DNA from: Chrysomallon squamiferum
Lineage: Eukaryota; Animalia; Mollusca
Length of the DNA: 64,000 bases
Direction of reading: 5' to 3'
NCBI GenBank assembly: GCA_012295275.1
Contig: CM022670.1
Coordinates: forward strand, 37,572,001-37,636,000
The notes under the pieces were generated by a model. It did no database searches and was not told the DNA's origin. It saw only the letters and a program-made list of their open reading frames with translations. Positions 1 to 19,400 of this stretch are shown here, piece by piece (positions within the stretch are counted from its first letter, which is position 1; the number at the start of each line of letters is the position of its first letter). The position numbers were made by a program, and so were the translations under genes.

Positions 1-5
1 GCACA

Positions 6-62
<57 letters not shown>

Positions 63-253
63 AGGATTATTCAGGTAAGTAATATTAATATTTCGATTTT
101 TTTAGGTTCTGGGATTCTTCAAAGTATCGATTCCAACCAAGTTTCTGTGCGGACAGTGGATGTAGGGCATATATATATATATATATTTTATTTTTTTTTG
201 TTATTGTTGTAATAAGTACGTCCTATGTTTATTTTAAGTAATTTGGCTTTCAG

Positions 254-6761
<6,508 letters not shown>

Positions 6762-6958
6762 CTTTCTTGGAAAGTGCTGTGCTGTGCTGCAGGAAAATAT
6801 TTTTTGTTGTTGTTGTCGTAAAACATTTTCATGTAACCACAACTTGATAATTATGTGACTGAAAATATTTTATAATACTACATTTCTATAAACAGTTTGT
6901 GATGTCCTTAGTGTTTAGATGTAGAAATTCCTTAAGCATGTGTTTGTATTGTTTTTAA

Positions 6959-7012
<54 letters not shown>

Positions 7013-7721
7013 TTTTTTATTTATTTTTTTTCGGGTTTGGTGTAACAATTTCAAAATGTGTTCCTTCATTTCTGAATAATAATCTAAAAAGTGTTTCCTA
7101 TCGCTTATTATCATTATTATTATTATTATTATTTTAAATTAATTAATTAATTTATTTATTGTGCATTGATTATCACCAGTAGACGCTTTTTTTTTTTTCT
7201 TTTTTTTTTTTTGGATAAATAACATAACTGGGTTTATATTATATTTTCAAATTCCTTTCCATCTAAATTTATGAATAAAGAAATAGCCGCAACTGTCGGT
7301 TAAAAGGTGTTATGTAATATCTGCATTATGTCACAGAACACAATTAAACTGCATCTCAGAGGTCGTATGTATAATAATTATAATATATTTTGGTATTTCT
7401 GGCTGTGAGAATACATAGAAAATATATTTTTATATTTGCACCTAAAAACGAGTGAAAGATATTTTAGTCGCCGTGAGCACGAAGTTACCAGGAAACGCAT
7501 ATACTTGATGCATACATCACTGAACTTCGTCGGGGAGATAATCCGGGCAGCTCAACTGATCTGGATTCTTTACATCGCTTTTTCTCCATATTAGATATTC
7601 CATGTTATCCATGTCATTATTATTCCAGTATTCTACTAAATTATAATTACAGTCAGATAATGTATCCTTCATAAATGATAAATATGATTATACGTTGTTA
7701 TCAGAAAAAAAAAAAAAAAAA

Positions 7722-7762
<41 letters not shown>

Positions 7763-7799
7763 CAACACAACACAATAAATAAATAATTTTAATAAAAGA

Positions 7800-8800
7800 A
7801 TAAAATGATGTGCATTATATAAAGAACATAAACGACAAAATGGTTTCGAGTTTGAAGACTTCGATATGCTGTGTAAAAACATCACAAACAAAATGCCGTT
7901 GACATTGCTAAAATGCCAACAAGCAAGAAAAAACGAGGACATCATCACTCACGATATAAAATGATGAAACATGGCTGCCACAAGCATTCAGACCACGCAG
8001 AATCAAGACCATCAAAAGGAGAACAAATGGAAGGACATTAGGAAGTACACGATTACACGAGAAATACGTGTAACATCAAAGAGCCTTAGGAAAGCTGGAA
8101 CAACCCATGTCGCAGGTCAAAACAGTCTGATTACACTGTTAGACAAGCAGGTTAGAGAAATCCGATATCAAAATAAGAACATAAAACGAATAAAGGCTTT
8201 CTATACAGAGCTGTGTGACAATGAACATAGTTTACTAATTCACGCTAACTGGAAAAATGCATCCGATGTAACACCCTAGGAGGTCCAAGCAGCGCAAAGA
8301 GATAAGAAAAATGGTCTATGCGGTAATTATAAACATTGAAACGTTAACATATTATGTTTATCTCAAAGACAAATTCCTATGGAAATATGCAGATACTTCA
8401 AAAAGAGCTACAGACCCATATCTATAACACTAAAACACTATAAGACTACAAGACTATAACACTTATAAAGATTACTAACACAAAATTTATAACAAAAAGA
8501 CTAGCCGGAGATATGAGCACTAAACAAATACGCAGTCGCAAAAATGGAAAGAAGTATGATAAACATCACATATTGAGAACGAAAAATAAACATCTAGGAA
8601 AGCAAGAAACCCAATAATCTCAGATATGACTGAACAGTTTAGAAGACGGAAGGAGATATAGGCTCACTGGCAGAAGACAACAAAAACCAGTGGACATAAC
8701 GTATCACCACTTGGAAATCAAACGAAGGGAAACAATCCAGAGGAAGCCCAGCGAGACGATGGAGAAATAAACTAGATGACTATTGGTAGAGAACAGCGCA
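7800..8800 (+). mobile_element. Degenerate, internally deleted RTE-like non-LTR retrotransposon fragment
   Basis: Broken frames with LINE ORF2 motifs: KDIRKY...KSLRK...LITLLDKQ...IKRIKAFYTEL (ORF 7971-8279), SYRPIS (~8405) and the RTE-type C-terminal KQSRGSPARRWRNKLDDYW (~8730-8787), followed by (TGAA)n. Confidence 0.75.
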
Positions 8801-8801
8801 G

Positions 8802-8870
8802 TGAATGAATGAATGAATATTTAACGACACTCCGGAATGAAAAACATACTGACCACTGGATGTCAGATAA
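8802..8870 (+). repeat. Short interspersed repeat end, (TGAA)n-tatttaacgacac; inverted partial copy at ~9294-9320
   Basis: tgaatgaatgaatgaatatttaacgacac here; gtgtcgttaaacattcattcattcatt at 9294-9320 is the reverse complement of the same motif. Confidence 0.55.
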
Positions 8871-9839
8871 AGATAAATACAATAAAATGGTAAATATTTT
8901 TTATATAATAACTCATGCTCGGATAGGTCGTATTTATTTGTCCCATTCAGTCTGAAGAAAGATCGTCTACCTCAGTGTGAACACACTTTGGTGGATTGCC
9001 ATAATCTTTACCTGATCTGTAACTATATTTAACTACCAAATAAATATGACGAAATCATTGCGATTTCATCCTGAAGTTGTTTAAAAATTTTGAGTTACAA
9101 AATTTATCTATAAATTTGAATTTAATTAAACTTGGATACCTCTATTTTTGCAAGCTCTTTACTGTTTTAATTAATTTTTAGAATGTTTATATATAAAGTA
9201 ATCACCATTTTATTTAATTTACCTTTATTTGAGACCCAATAGCCAATATATATATATATATATACTTCTTCTTTCTTTTTTTTAAGTTCTAGAGTGTCGT
9301 TAAACATTCATTCATTCATTACGCAATCCTGTTAAATGTTTCAGTAAAATTCTATAAATCTAAAGTCTTAAAACAAGTTCAATATGGAAACATAATCTGA
9401 AATATCGTATTAAATTTCCAAAATTTTCTAAAAAAGACCCTGCAATTTTTATTTATTTATTTATTGCAATAATTACGTTTTTATGTCTGTGAATAAATAA
9501 ATAAATAAATAAATAAACAAAAACAAAGATTACTGTTTGTGTATGATTTTTTGCATTGGCAGTTACCGCCTTTGCGCGCATTTTTAAAAGGAAACTACAC
9601 GCAGATAACGAAATAGCTTGGTACGCTAAACCAAAACTCCAAAACTGGTTTATGTGACCAGATTAAAATGACCACTGAAATATAATGTGGTCATTTTAAT
9701 ATTTATTCAACTGTCAAAAGAACAAATCGTAGAAAAAAAAATCTTTATTTAATTTACTAATAGAAGATTACTAATAAATAAATAATTTGATATGAAGGTT
9801 AGCGATATACCATTCTATCGCAACAATTTGTTGTCGTTT

Positions 9840-9983
9840 CGCCTTACCGGAAGTACGGTACCCGCACGCGCGTCGTATAAATTCTTGTCTGTTCCTGTCA
9901 ACGAAAACAACAAATGAATTGCAGAACTGAACAGTGATAATTGCAGGGATATCGCAGAAAATATTTAACTGAAGTTAAAAGGG
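9840..9983 (+). promoter_or_regulatory. Probable EFCAB7 promoter and non-coding first exon
   Basis: Local CpG cluster (ccggaagtacggtacccgcacgcgcgtcg) with ETS motif CCGGAAGT at 9847-9854; candidate donor gtaata at 9984 and acceptor ttttcag ending 10432, just upstream of the ATG. Confidence 0.55.
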
Positions 9984-10455
9984 GTAATAGAATTTAAAGC
10001 GATGTGTTTATATCTTTATATTATTTTTTTTTTTTACTTTTTGTTCTGAAAGAATATATAATACATGATGATTGAATTTTTAATTATAACATTATTAAAC
10101 ACCATGTAATATACAATACAGTAAAATATGTGATAAATGATAAACTGATAATTTTATCATAAAGTTCTGTCGAGGATAATTATATTTTTAGCATAAACTA
10201 TAATTATGTAACAACTGAATGATTTTTACGCTGGGCATTGCATATAATGATATATAAATAAATATAAAAAAAACAACAACAACAAAAAACCACAACAACC
10301 TTGCATGCCCGATACAATAACAACAACAACAAAACATTATGATTATGAAAAAAAAAAAAGAATTTGTATACATTCAAAAACTGTTGTTAAACAAAATATT
10401 TAATTATTTATTTAGTTATTATTTCTTTTCAGTTCTTTGTTGCACAGTCCTGATA

Positions 10456-13400
10456 ATGTCGAGAAGATCAAGTCGCCCTTCCTCTGCTGCCTCCCACAGT
10501 AGTCGGTCATCCAATGCAGATGGTGATTTTAAACTGGAATGCAAAGCAGCTTATCTTACTGTTTTCAATGACATCAGAGATGAAATTACCTCAAAAGATG
10601 ACCTCATTTTAGGTTTGTTTTCTGAAAAGAAAGTGGAACATTTTGATAAATTATATGTATGAATATATGAATTCAAAAAAAGATATACTGAGAAATAGAC
10701 ATGTGCAGAAATAAACCCTGATTGACAAAGTGAGATTGATATTATTGTATTTGTAATAACACATTTCAGAAGAAATATCCTCCCAGATGGGTTGATAAAT
10801 CAAAATTATAAATATTTGTAAAGATTCTGTACAGAATGTACAATGCAGACTTTTTTCTGACTTTCTGCTGGGCAAGTTTAATAAAGACAGAATACATTTA
10901 TTTCTAATATTTGTATTGCATATACATAAAATATATTGTTATATATATTCTGTAATACAAAAAAAGATTGGATTGAATCACTGAATTCCTTAATTCCTTG
11001 TTTGTCAGATTATCTCTTTATATATAATTTTTTCTTTCTTTTCTTGAACAGCTAATAAAAAGTTCATTAATTAATATAGTATTTTAAAATGATCTCAGAC
11101 ACTGTATTTAAACAAATGATCTTTCAGTTCCATTCAATTATTTCCAGTTCTTCAACAAACTGGTCGTAACCCTACTCGACGCACACTAGAGAAATACTGG
11201 AAAGATACAACAGGTATGTGATCTATAAAATAACTAGTTTATATCTTACTTTTGTATGCATTCATCATGCTTAATTTTTTTTTTTTTTTTTGCATATTTT
11301 TATTTCCAGAATGGTAGCACAATAGAAACATTCCCATGTATTAGAATAACATAAACACAGAATATTAACTCTTATTTTATAAATTCCATAGATAATTTTT
11401 GAAATATTGTACAATCATTTTACAAAATATATTAAATATCAGACAGATCCTAATTTACTAAGGAAAATCTTTATCTAACTAATATGTCAAATTGTTTAAA
11501 GTGCTGATTACAAACAAACTAACTTCCTTAAAAAAACATTTGAAATGATTTGACAATTAAATAGAAAGAGAAAGCAATATTTGATTTGTGTATTTCTTGG
11601 ATAGGGATGCCTGTGTGTCCAATATTTTCATTAATTTCACTTGCATATTAATTTTAATTTTATAGTTATAATTTTTATTTAAATACAGTGAGCCTTTAGA
11701 TAAGACAGTGTTGACATTTCTTTTTCAGAGTCATTATCTTTCAATGACTTTGTTGATATATGTCATCATGAGCCTGCTACAACTACAGATGATCTTATGA
11801 AAGCCTTCAGAAAAATTGATGTGAATGGTGATGGTTACTTGTCTGTGAATGAACTGGTTAATACTCTTAGTACAGTAAGTGGTGACACAGCACTCAAGTA
11901 TTCATATTAATCATGATTTGCATTAACTGTTACCTCATTTTTACTTCAGTTCATTGCATCTTGAACCAGTAGAGAAAAAAAAGAAAATGTATTAATCTTC
12001 TTTTTTTTTTAATTATTATTGTAAGGTTTTTTTTCTTTTTTAGGTTTTGTAAACTTATACAATTGTTACTTGAGATTGGCAATATTAAGTTAAAAAAAGA
12101 AACAAACTTTGAAAAGTCTTTCTATGAAATCCTTTCTTTCAGAAAGGAGAAAAGATGAGCCGTGATGAAGTAAAAGCTATTATTAGCGATGTGGATGAAA
12201 ATAAAGATGGTAAATTGGATTATCATGAGGTATGTAACCTGCAATGTCTGATTGATAAGAATGTTACAGAACAGTGTTTCATAACCTTGCTACTAGCTAC
12301 AGATCCACAACAGCTGCAGACTGTTGACTTAAAACTTAGAATTGATAAAACTCCATTATGTCAATTGGATATAACCATTATTATATACCTACAGACACAT
12401 TCATGGCATATTTATTCTTTTATAAATATCTATAGCACCAATTTTACTGAAGCAATTATCTTAAATATAAGATGTGTGTTTTATTTATTGTGATTTGAAA
12501 TAGCCTTTTCCAAATATATGTTCCAAGAGAATTTAAACATTTGTTCTAAACAGTAATTAACTATCCAAATTTTTTTTTTTTTTTTAATTTTGAACATGGA
12601 TTTTCCAAAAGATTAGTGATTATATTAAGAATTTTTTTTTTTTATAGCAATAACTTAATGTAAAATCATTCAGAACATTTTTAACCTGCATTCTCCATAT
12701 TTCTATTTTTTTTTTACACCTTTAGAATCCTTTATACGTTTATTAAATTATTTAATCTACTCTTTTCTAACTACTTAATAATAGTGGTATAGTTTTTAAA
12801 TTTTAGCTCTAAACACAGTCAAATTACTTTTCAAAATTATTTTAATATATCCATTTTCTTTGTATTCTGTTTCAAAAATAAAAAAACATAGTTAAATGGT
12901 GTTGGTTTTTTTCATTCAGCAGTCATTTCCCTACATCCAGGTATAGTTTTATCCTACAATCTGCATATATGTACAGTGTTGCATGCATTGAGCTTATATT
13001 TGTTTTATTCACACACTAAGATAGTTTTTGAATGATAGAGAATACATTGTTTTTTTTTGTTTGTTAACTGATGCTGTACAAATGATGTTTAACGACTCTT
13101 TAAGAGAATCACATTTTCTTTGGCATACACAATATTTTATTTATTTTTGATACAGTGTAATTTTCAATTTGTATAAGAAATTTGATCTTTGCTTTTAAAT
13201 CTCACTGTATGTGTTAATGTTTCAGATGGATTAGATTTCTAATTAAATTTCCATTATTTTCCATTAATAGTAATGTTACGAGATTTTAATGTATTATTCT
13301 TAACATATAAACATTTTTTCTTTTCCTTTTTATTGGAATTTTGGAAATCTGAAACCTTTCCAGTCCCAGGCATTTTGCATAGGCAATCTTCAACCTCTAA

Positions 13401-16400
13401 TAAATTTCACAGATTATATTTCTGAATATTCTTGATGAAATAATAAAAAAAAAAATACCAACATAGGCATTAATAAAATTATTTACTGAATATTTCTGTA
13501 GTTCTGTAACATGGTTATGAAGACGACAGAAGAGGCTAAGAAGATGGCACTGAAAGTGATGGAGAGAAAAGAGAGGAAGAAACAGAAAAGCAGACAGTCC
13601 ATATCCAGCAAAAAAGGTAAATCATACTATGTCACAGTAATCAGTGTTGGTTTAGACAAATGGGCAGTGTGAATGAAACTTCTTGTCTTGCATCCTTTGA
13701 ACAGACCTACATAAAACAGCTGCTGAAAATTTCATTATCACAAACACCTGTTATTTAACAAAAAAACCCAGTATTTCACATTATTGTTTGACATGTATTT
13801 GCTATTCTAAAAGATGATGGCTGGTGATTCAGAAGTAACTTACTTTGTTTAACTGTTTGAATGAAAATTTTGCTTGAGATTCACCAGTAAACCATACTAT
13901 TTAAATTTTAAATAGACCGTTAGTATTGTTTTGTCTTTAAGCATGCTTCTGATGTTATAGGCAAAAGGTTTCAGTGCATTATGATTTTATTTATGACCAG
14001 TTTCTGGTTATAATATTAAAAGGTGAAATAGGTCTATAAAGATAGTCTTGAACTTGTTATTTTATTATTTATTTACTTATTTATTTTTTGTTGTTGTTTT
14101 TGTTTTCATATGATGTAATTTTTTAACATTTAATTTAAAAAATATACATTTTAAGGTTTCAAGAATTTTTTCTTGTTAAAATTAATGGCTATAACAAATA
14201 AAACACTGTTCACTTTTATTGTTAGCACTGGTCTAGTCAGTAATGTTCTTTTTGTCATAATTCTGTGGTAATACTATTACTGATGTTAAGACTGTTTTAC
14301 GTTTTCCTTTGTCAGTGGTAAAAATATAAAGATATATATATATATTTTGCATTATGTTTTACCAATTATATCATTGCATCCCTGCCATTGCAGTATCACA
14401 TTTCATGTGTTGTTTGTTTGGAATTAATTTTATGAATCTATAGAATTACTTTATTTGGTATTCTATTTTTCTTTTTTTTCTGTAAGTGACTGAACTTTTT
14501 TCTGTTTTGAGTAATGTTTTGATTATGCATTTGGTACTTGTTTGACACTGCTGTTTGTATATTTGACTGAAGTGTGTTAAAGATGGCCCTGGTCTGGCAA
14601 ATTACAACAAAACATTACTAATTTATTTTACTTAAGCCCAGTGTATATGAAAATTTAGCCATTATGGTTTTCTGTCATGTAGTCATCATACAGATTTCAA
14701 CTTGAAGAAGATTTTTCAGTAGGTCAGAATATTTTTGCATGTGAGAGAGAAGTGTGTGTGTCTGTTGTATTTGATTTTGAACAATGCAGCTTTAGTTGTA
14801 TTTATCAGTTCAGAACCAGCAAACAACATTTTAAATATCCTCAAATGTTTTTATTAGATGAAACAGAAGTTTCTTCAGAGCAACAAGAAACTAAAGAGGA
14901 GAAAAGTAAGGTGTTCTTCTAACACTGGCTTCTGTGTGGCTTAAGTGATACAGCTTTCCTTTTGCTTTCCTTTATTACTTTTTAATAATTTTTTTCATTA
15001 CTTTTCTTTCTTAATGAAAAGCAAATTGTATTTTTGGGGTATTTTTTAAAGTAAATATCAAAACACTAATCATTTATAGTCACAGGTTTGCATATACCAA
15101 ATATTTAGAAATTGCATTAGGGTCAGTCTGTGTCAAATGACCCAATGGGTTAAACCCGACCATCTCAGATTTTTATGAAACTTGGTATACTTGTTGACTG
15201 GGATCCCACAGCACCAAATCAGTGGTGTTGGAGAGATGGCCCACCGAATTTTTAGATTTTTGGCACCAACCTTAGAACCCTCATATCTCAGGAACTACTG
15301 GGCCAATCTTCATAAAATTGGTATTGTTGAAAAGGCAATATGACAAGGATTCCATATTGGAGTACATTGACCTTTTGACCTTTGCTATGACCTTGAAATT
15401 GACCGTGTGGATCACGTGACCTTGAGAAGAAAAGTTTCCTGGGTGTAACATTTTTTGTTTAGTCACAATAACACCTTTTCAGCCATTAATATCTGATTAA
15501 CTAAAACCTGAATGGGCTAAAATCTCAAAATTCGGTGGGCCATATCTCCCACTCCAGTTTTTCTAATCTACTATTATTTTCATATAATAAACACATATCA
15601 CAATACTGTCCTCAATAGAAATATATCTGTTAAAAGAACACTAAAACACATTCATCTTAAAGGATATAGTTTATATTTGTTAAATGAAGACTAAAACACA
15701 CTAATTTTAAATGATATGGTTTATATCTGTTAAATGAATACTAAAACACACTAACATTAACAGATATTGTTTATATTTGTTAAATGAAGACTAAGACACA
15801 CTAATGTTAAAGGATATTGTTTATATTTGTTAAATAATGAAGACTAAAACACACTAATATTAAAGGCTATTGCGTTTAGTAATCATCTGTTGTAATTCTG
15901 AGCCATATTTTAAAAGATTTTTATCACAAAATATATTCAAGAATACTGGTTTAAAAATTAATTATGTAAAACAAAATTGTATTTTTTTCTAAAATGCATT
16001 CTAGTGCATAAAATAACAAATCAGACTATTAAGGCCCTAAGTTCAAATTTAATTATTATTTTTTTTATAATATTCACAAATTCATTGTTCAGCCAAAATA
16101 TATAACACACACACACACCCAATTTGTATCACAACTAGTCATAAATAATATTTCTTGTATTCAGTTAGAAATATTTATTAAAGGAAACAAAGTCATAGTT
16201 TTTAAAAATATTTATTAACTATAAAACTGTTGAATGGTAATGTGTGTATTTTTCTTTCATTTGCAGTTAGTTAACTGTAGTAATACAATAATGGATTTGA
16301 AGCATATGTTAAAATATTTTCATAGTATTCCCATTACAAAAAAAAAAAAAATATAAATAAAAAGCAATACATTAATATCACCATATAATTATCAGATAAG

Positions 16401-19400
16401 AGTGAAGATGTAACTTCATCAAGGACATCTGTACAATCCAAGAAAGTGAAAAGTAAGGTGTTCTTCTAACAGAAGTTTTTGTGTGGCTTAAATGACATAT
16501 CACAGCATAATTTATATTTCAGTTTAGTTTTTTGCATTTTTAAATACTGAACAGAGCTTCTTCTAAGCAAGATGCAAATTTAAATTACAGACAAACAAAA
16601 TTAGATCTACAATGTTTTATATTTTCCAAAATAATTAATGAATTCACATCCCAATATTCAGTAAGAAATTCCAAGTAATATTTTATTAATGACAATTAAA
16701 AGTTAACATTTTTTTAAAAGTGTTTATTGATATTACAACAGTTAAAAGGTAATGGTTAGTTATCTGAAGTATATCATTTACAGAGACTGAAATAAAATGT
16801 CTTGTAAATCAAAAATGCAGTATAATATTCTGTTACATATTAGAAAAATATAAATAAAGACAATGCTGTTAATATAACTGTGTAATTATTAGATGAGGCA
16901 GAAGATGTAACTTCATCAAGGACTTCTGTCCAATCCAAGAAAGTGAAAAGTAAGGTGTTCTTCTAACACTGGCTTTTGTGTGGCTTAAATGACACAGCTG
17001 CTATTGTATTATTTAAAAAAAAAAATTATGTCATTAATAGCTACAAATCTGTTTAATATTGATTTCATAAGAAATGAATATCTAGATGAGCATTTCCACT
17101 TCAAATTATAAAAGCTAATAATAAAAAAATATATATATATATAATGATAAGAATAACAGTACTGGCAAAAGAAATAATTTTATATATTTTAAAATATTTT
17201 GATATTATCGTAATTCAGATTCCAGTATTCCTAATATCAGTTGAAGATTTTTCAGCATGTAAAAAATTTGTTAATAATTAAATATAATTATTAGATGAAG
17301 GAGAAGATGTAACTTCATCAAGGACATCTGTTCAATCCAAGAAACTAAAAAGTAAGGTGTTCTTCTAACACAAGTTTCCTGTATTAAATTGCTATAGATA
17401 TGGAATTATTTTGTAATGAAATTTAAAAAAAAAAAAAAAAATTCTTAAATTTGAGTGATGTTTTTTAATTAAATAGGCTATCCTTTGTAGGAAATTGTCA
17501 AAGTAAATTTTAAAAAATAATTTTATAGCCAACAGAATCCATAACAAAATTTTGAAATCCATATTAATGTTAGTTTTAAGAGAAAATGGTTCATTATTAA
17601 GATTTTTATATTAATTTTAAATGACAATAATTTAAATCTATGAAAAAAGAAAAGAAGATACTTTAATCAATATATGTAATTATTAGATGAGGAAGAAGAT
17701 GTTACATCATCAAGGACCTCTGTACAATCTAAGAAACTGAAAAGTAAGGTGTTCTTCTAACACAAGCTTTCTGTGCCTTAAATAGTTTTGGACAAAAAGC
17801 TGATTTCTGTTCTTCAACTATTTATGTTTATAATGATATGCATCACAAGAAAGTTTTAACTTTTAAAAGCCAAAATGCTTTTTAAAAAAAATGTTAAATA
17901 AATAAAAATAAATGAACTTGGTATCTAACTGTTCACATTTGAATCATAATATCAAATGAAGATTTTTCATTCTCTAAAAAGTATCCTTATAATTATTAGA
18001 TGAGGGAGAAGATGTAAATTCATCAAGGACTTCTGTCCAATCCAAGAAACTGAAAAGTAAGGTGTTCTTCTAACACTGGCTTACGTGTGGCTTAAATAAC
18101 ATACCACAACATAATTTATACTTCAGTTTAGATTATTTTGGTGTTTATTAAACTGATAGTTGCCTATTGAAAGCAAGTTACACATTTTAATTTAGTGAAG
18201 TAACTTGGTTATTTTTGGTTTGTTTCTCGTTTAATGTAATTTAATTCACAACCCTGTATTACAAACCAAACAAATATTTTATTTATGAAAAATAAAAGTT
18301 ATTTAAAAAAAATTTTTAAAGAGTTTATTAATATTAAAACAGTTGAAAGGTAGTATATGTAATTTTGGTATCAGCTTTTGTTTCATTTCCAGTTAGGTTT
18401 TCTCTTGTATATCATACACAAAGACTTTGAAATAAAATAAATTATAAATAAAAAGTCAATTATAATAAGTATCCTTTTGCTAAACTATAATAAAATAAAT
18501 AAAAGGCAATGCATTAAATATAATGTTTTCTATAATAAAAGAAAGTGTAAAGTAGTATCTAATTCTGGCTTCTGTGTGGCTAATATTTCTTCTTATTATT
18601 ATTATAATTAAAGAAATGAAGATCTTGATATAGATTTAGCTTAAAATTGTGTATAATTATTAGATGAAGGAGAAGATGTAACTTCATCAAGGACTTCTGT
18701 CCAATCCAAGAAAGTGAAAAGTAAGGTGTTCTTCTAACACTGGCTTTTGTGTGGCTTAAATGACACAGCTGCTATTTTATTATTTAAAAAAAAAAAAAAA
18801 AATATGTCATTAGTAGCTACAAATCTGTTTAATATTGATTTCATAAGAAATGAAAATCTAGAGAGCATTTCCACTTCAAATTGTAAAAGCTAATAAAAAA
18901 AAAAAAATATAAATATATATATATAATGATAATAATAACAGTACTGGAAAAAGAAATCATTTTATATATTTTAAAATATTTTGATATTATCATAATTCAG
19001 TTTCCAGTATTCCTAATATTAGTTGAAGATTTTTCAGCATGTAAAAAATTTGCTAATAATTAAATATAATTATTAGATGAAGGAGAAGATGTAACTTCAT
19101 CAAGGACATCTGTCCAATCCAAGAAACTGAAAAGTAAGGTGTTCTTCTAACACAAGTTTGCTGTATTAAACAGCTATAGACATGGAAGTTTTATTTTTAT
19201 TTATTTATTTATTTTAATTTAGATGTTATTTTGGCATTAAAAAGGCTTGCCTTCATAATAAATAAGTTAAAGATAAAAAAAAGTTTTACAGACTTCAAAA
19301 TCCATTATTAATTTTTATTTTACATGAAAGTGGTCCATCATTCAGATTATTCCTGTATTAATATTTAATGAAAATGCTTTAAATCAATTATTACATACAA

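Noticed and set aside
61-161. Possible extra exons of the lectin-ZP gene (donor at 75; segment 106-161)
   Set aside because: A 31-nt intron would be implausibly short, the upstream part is (CA)n, and the peptide has no clear lectin motif; left uncalled
7971-8279. 102-aa ORF as a host gene
   Set aside because: Part of a frameshifted RTE-like LINE remnant
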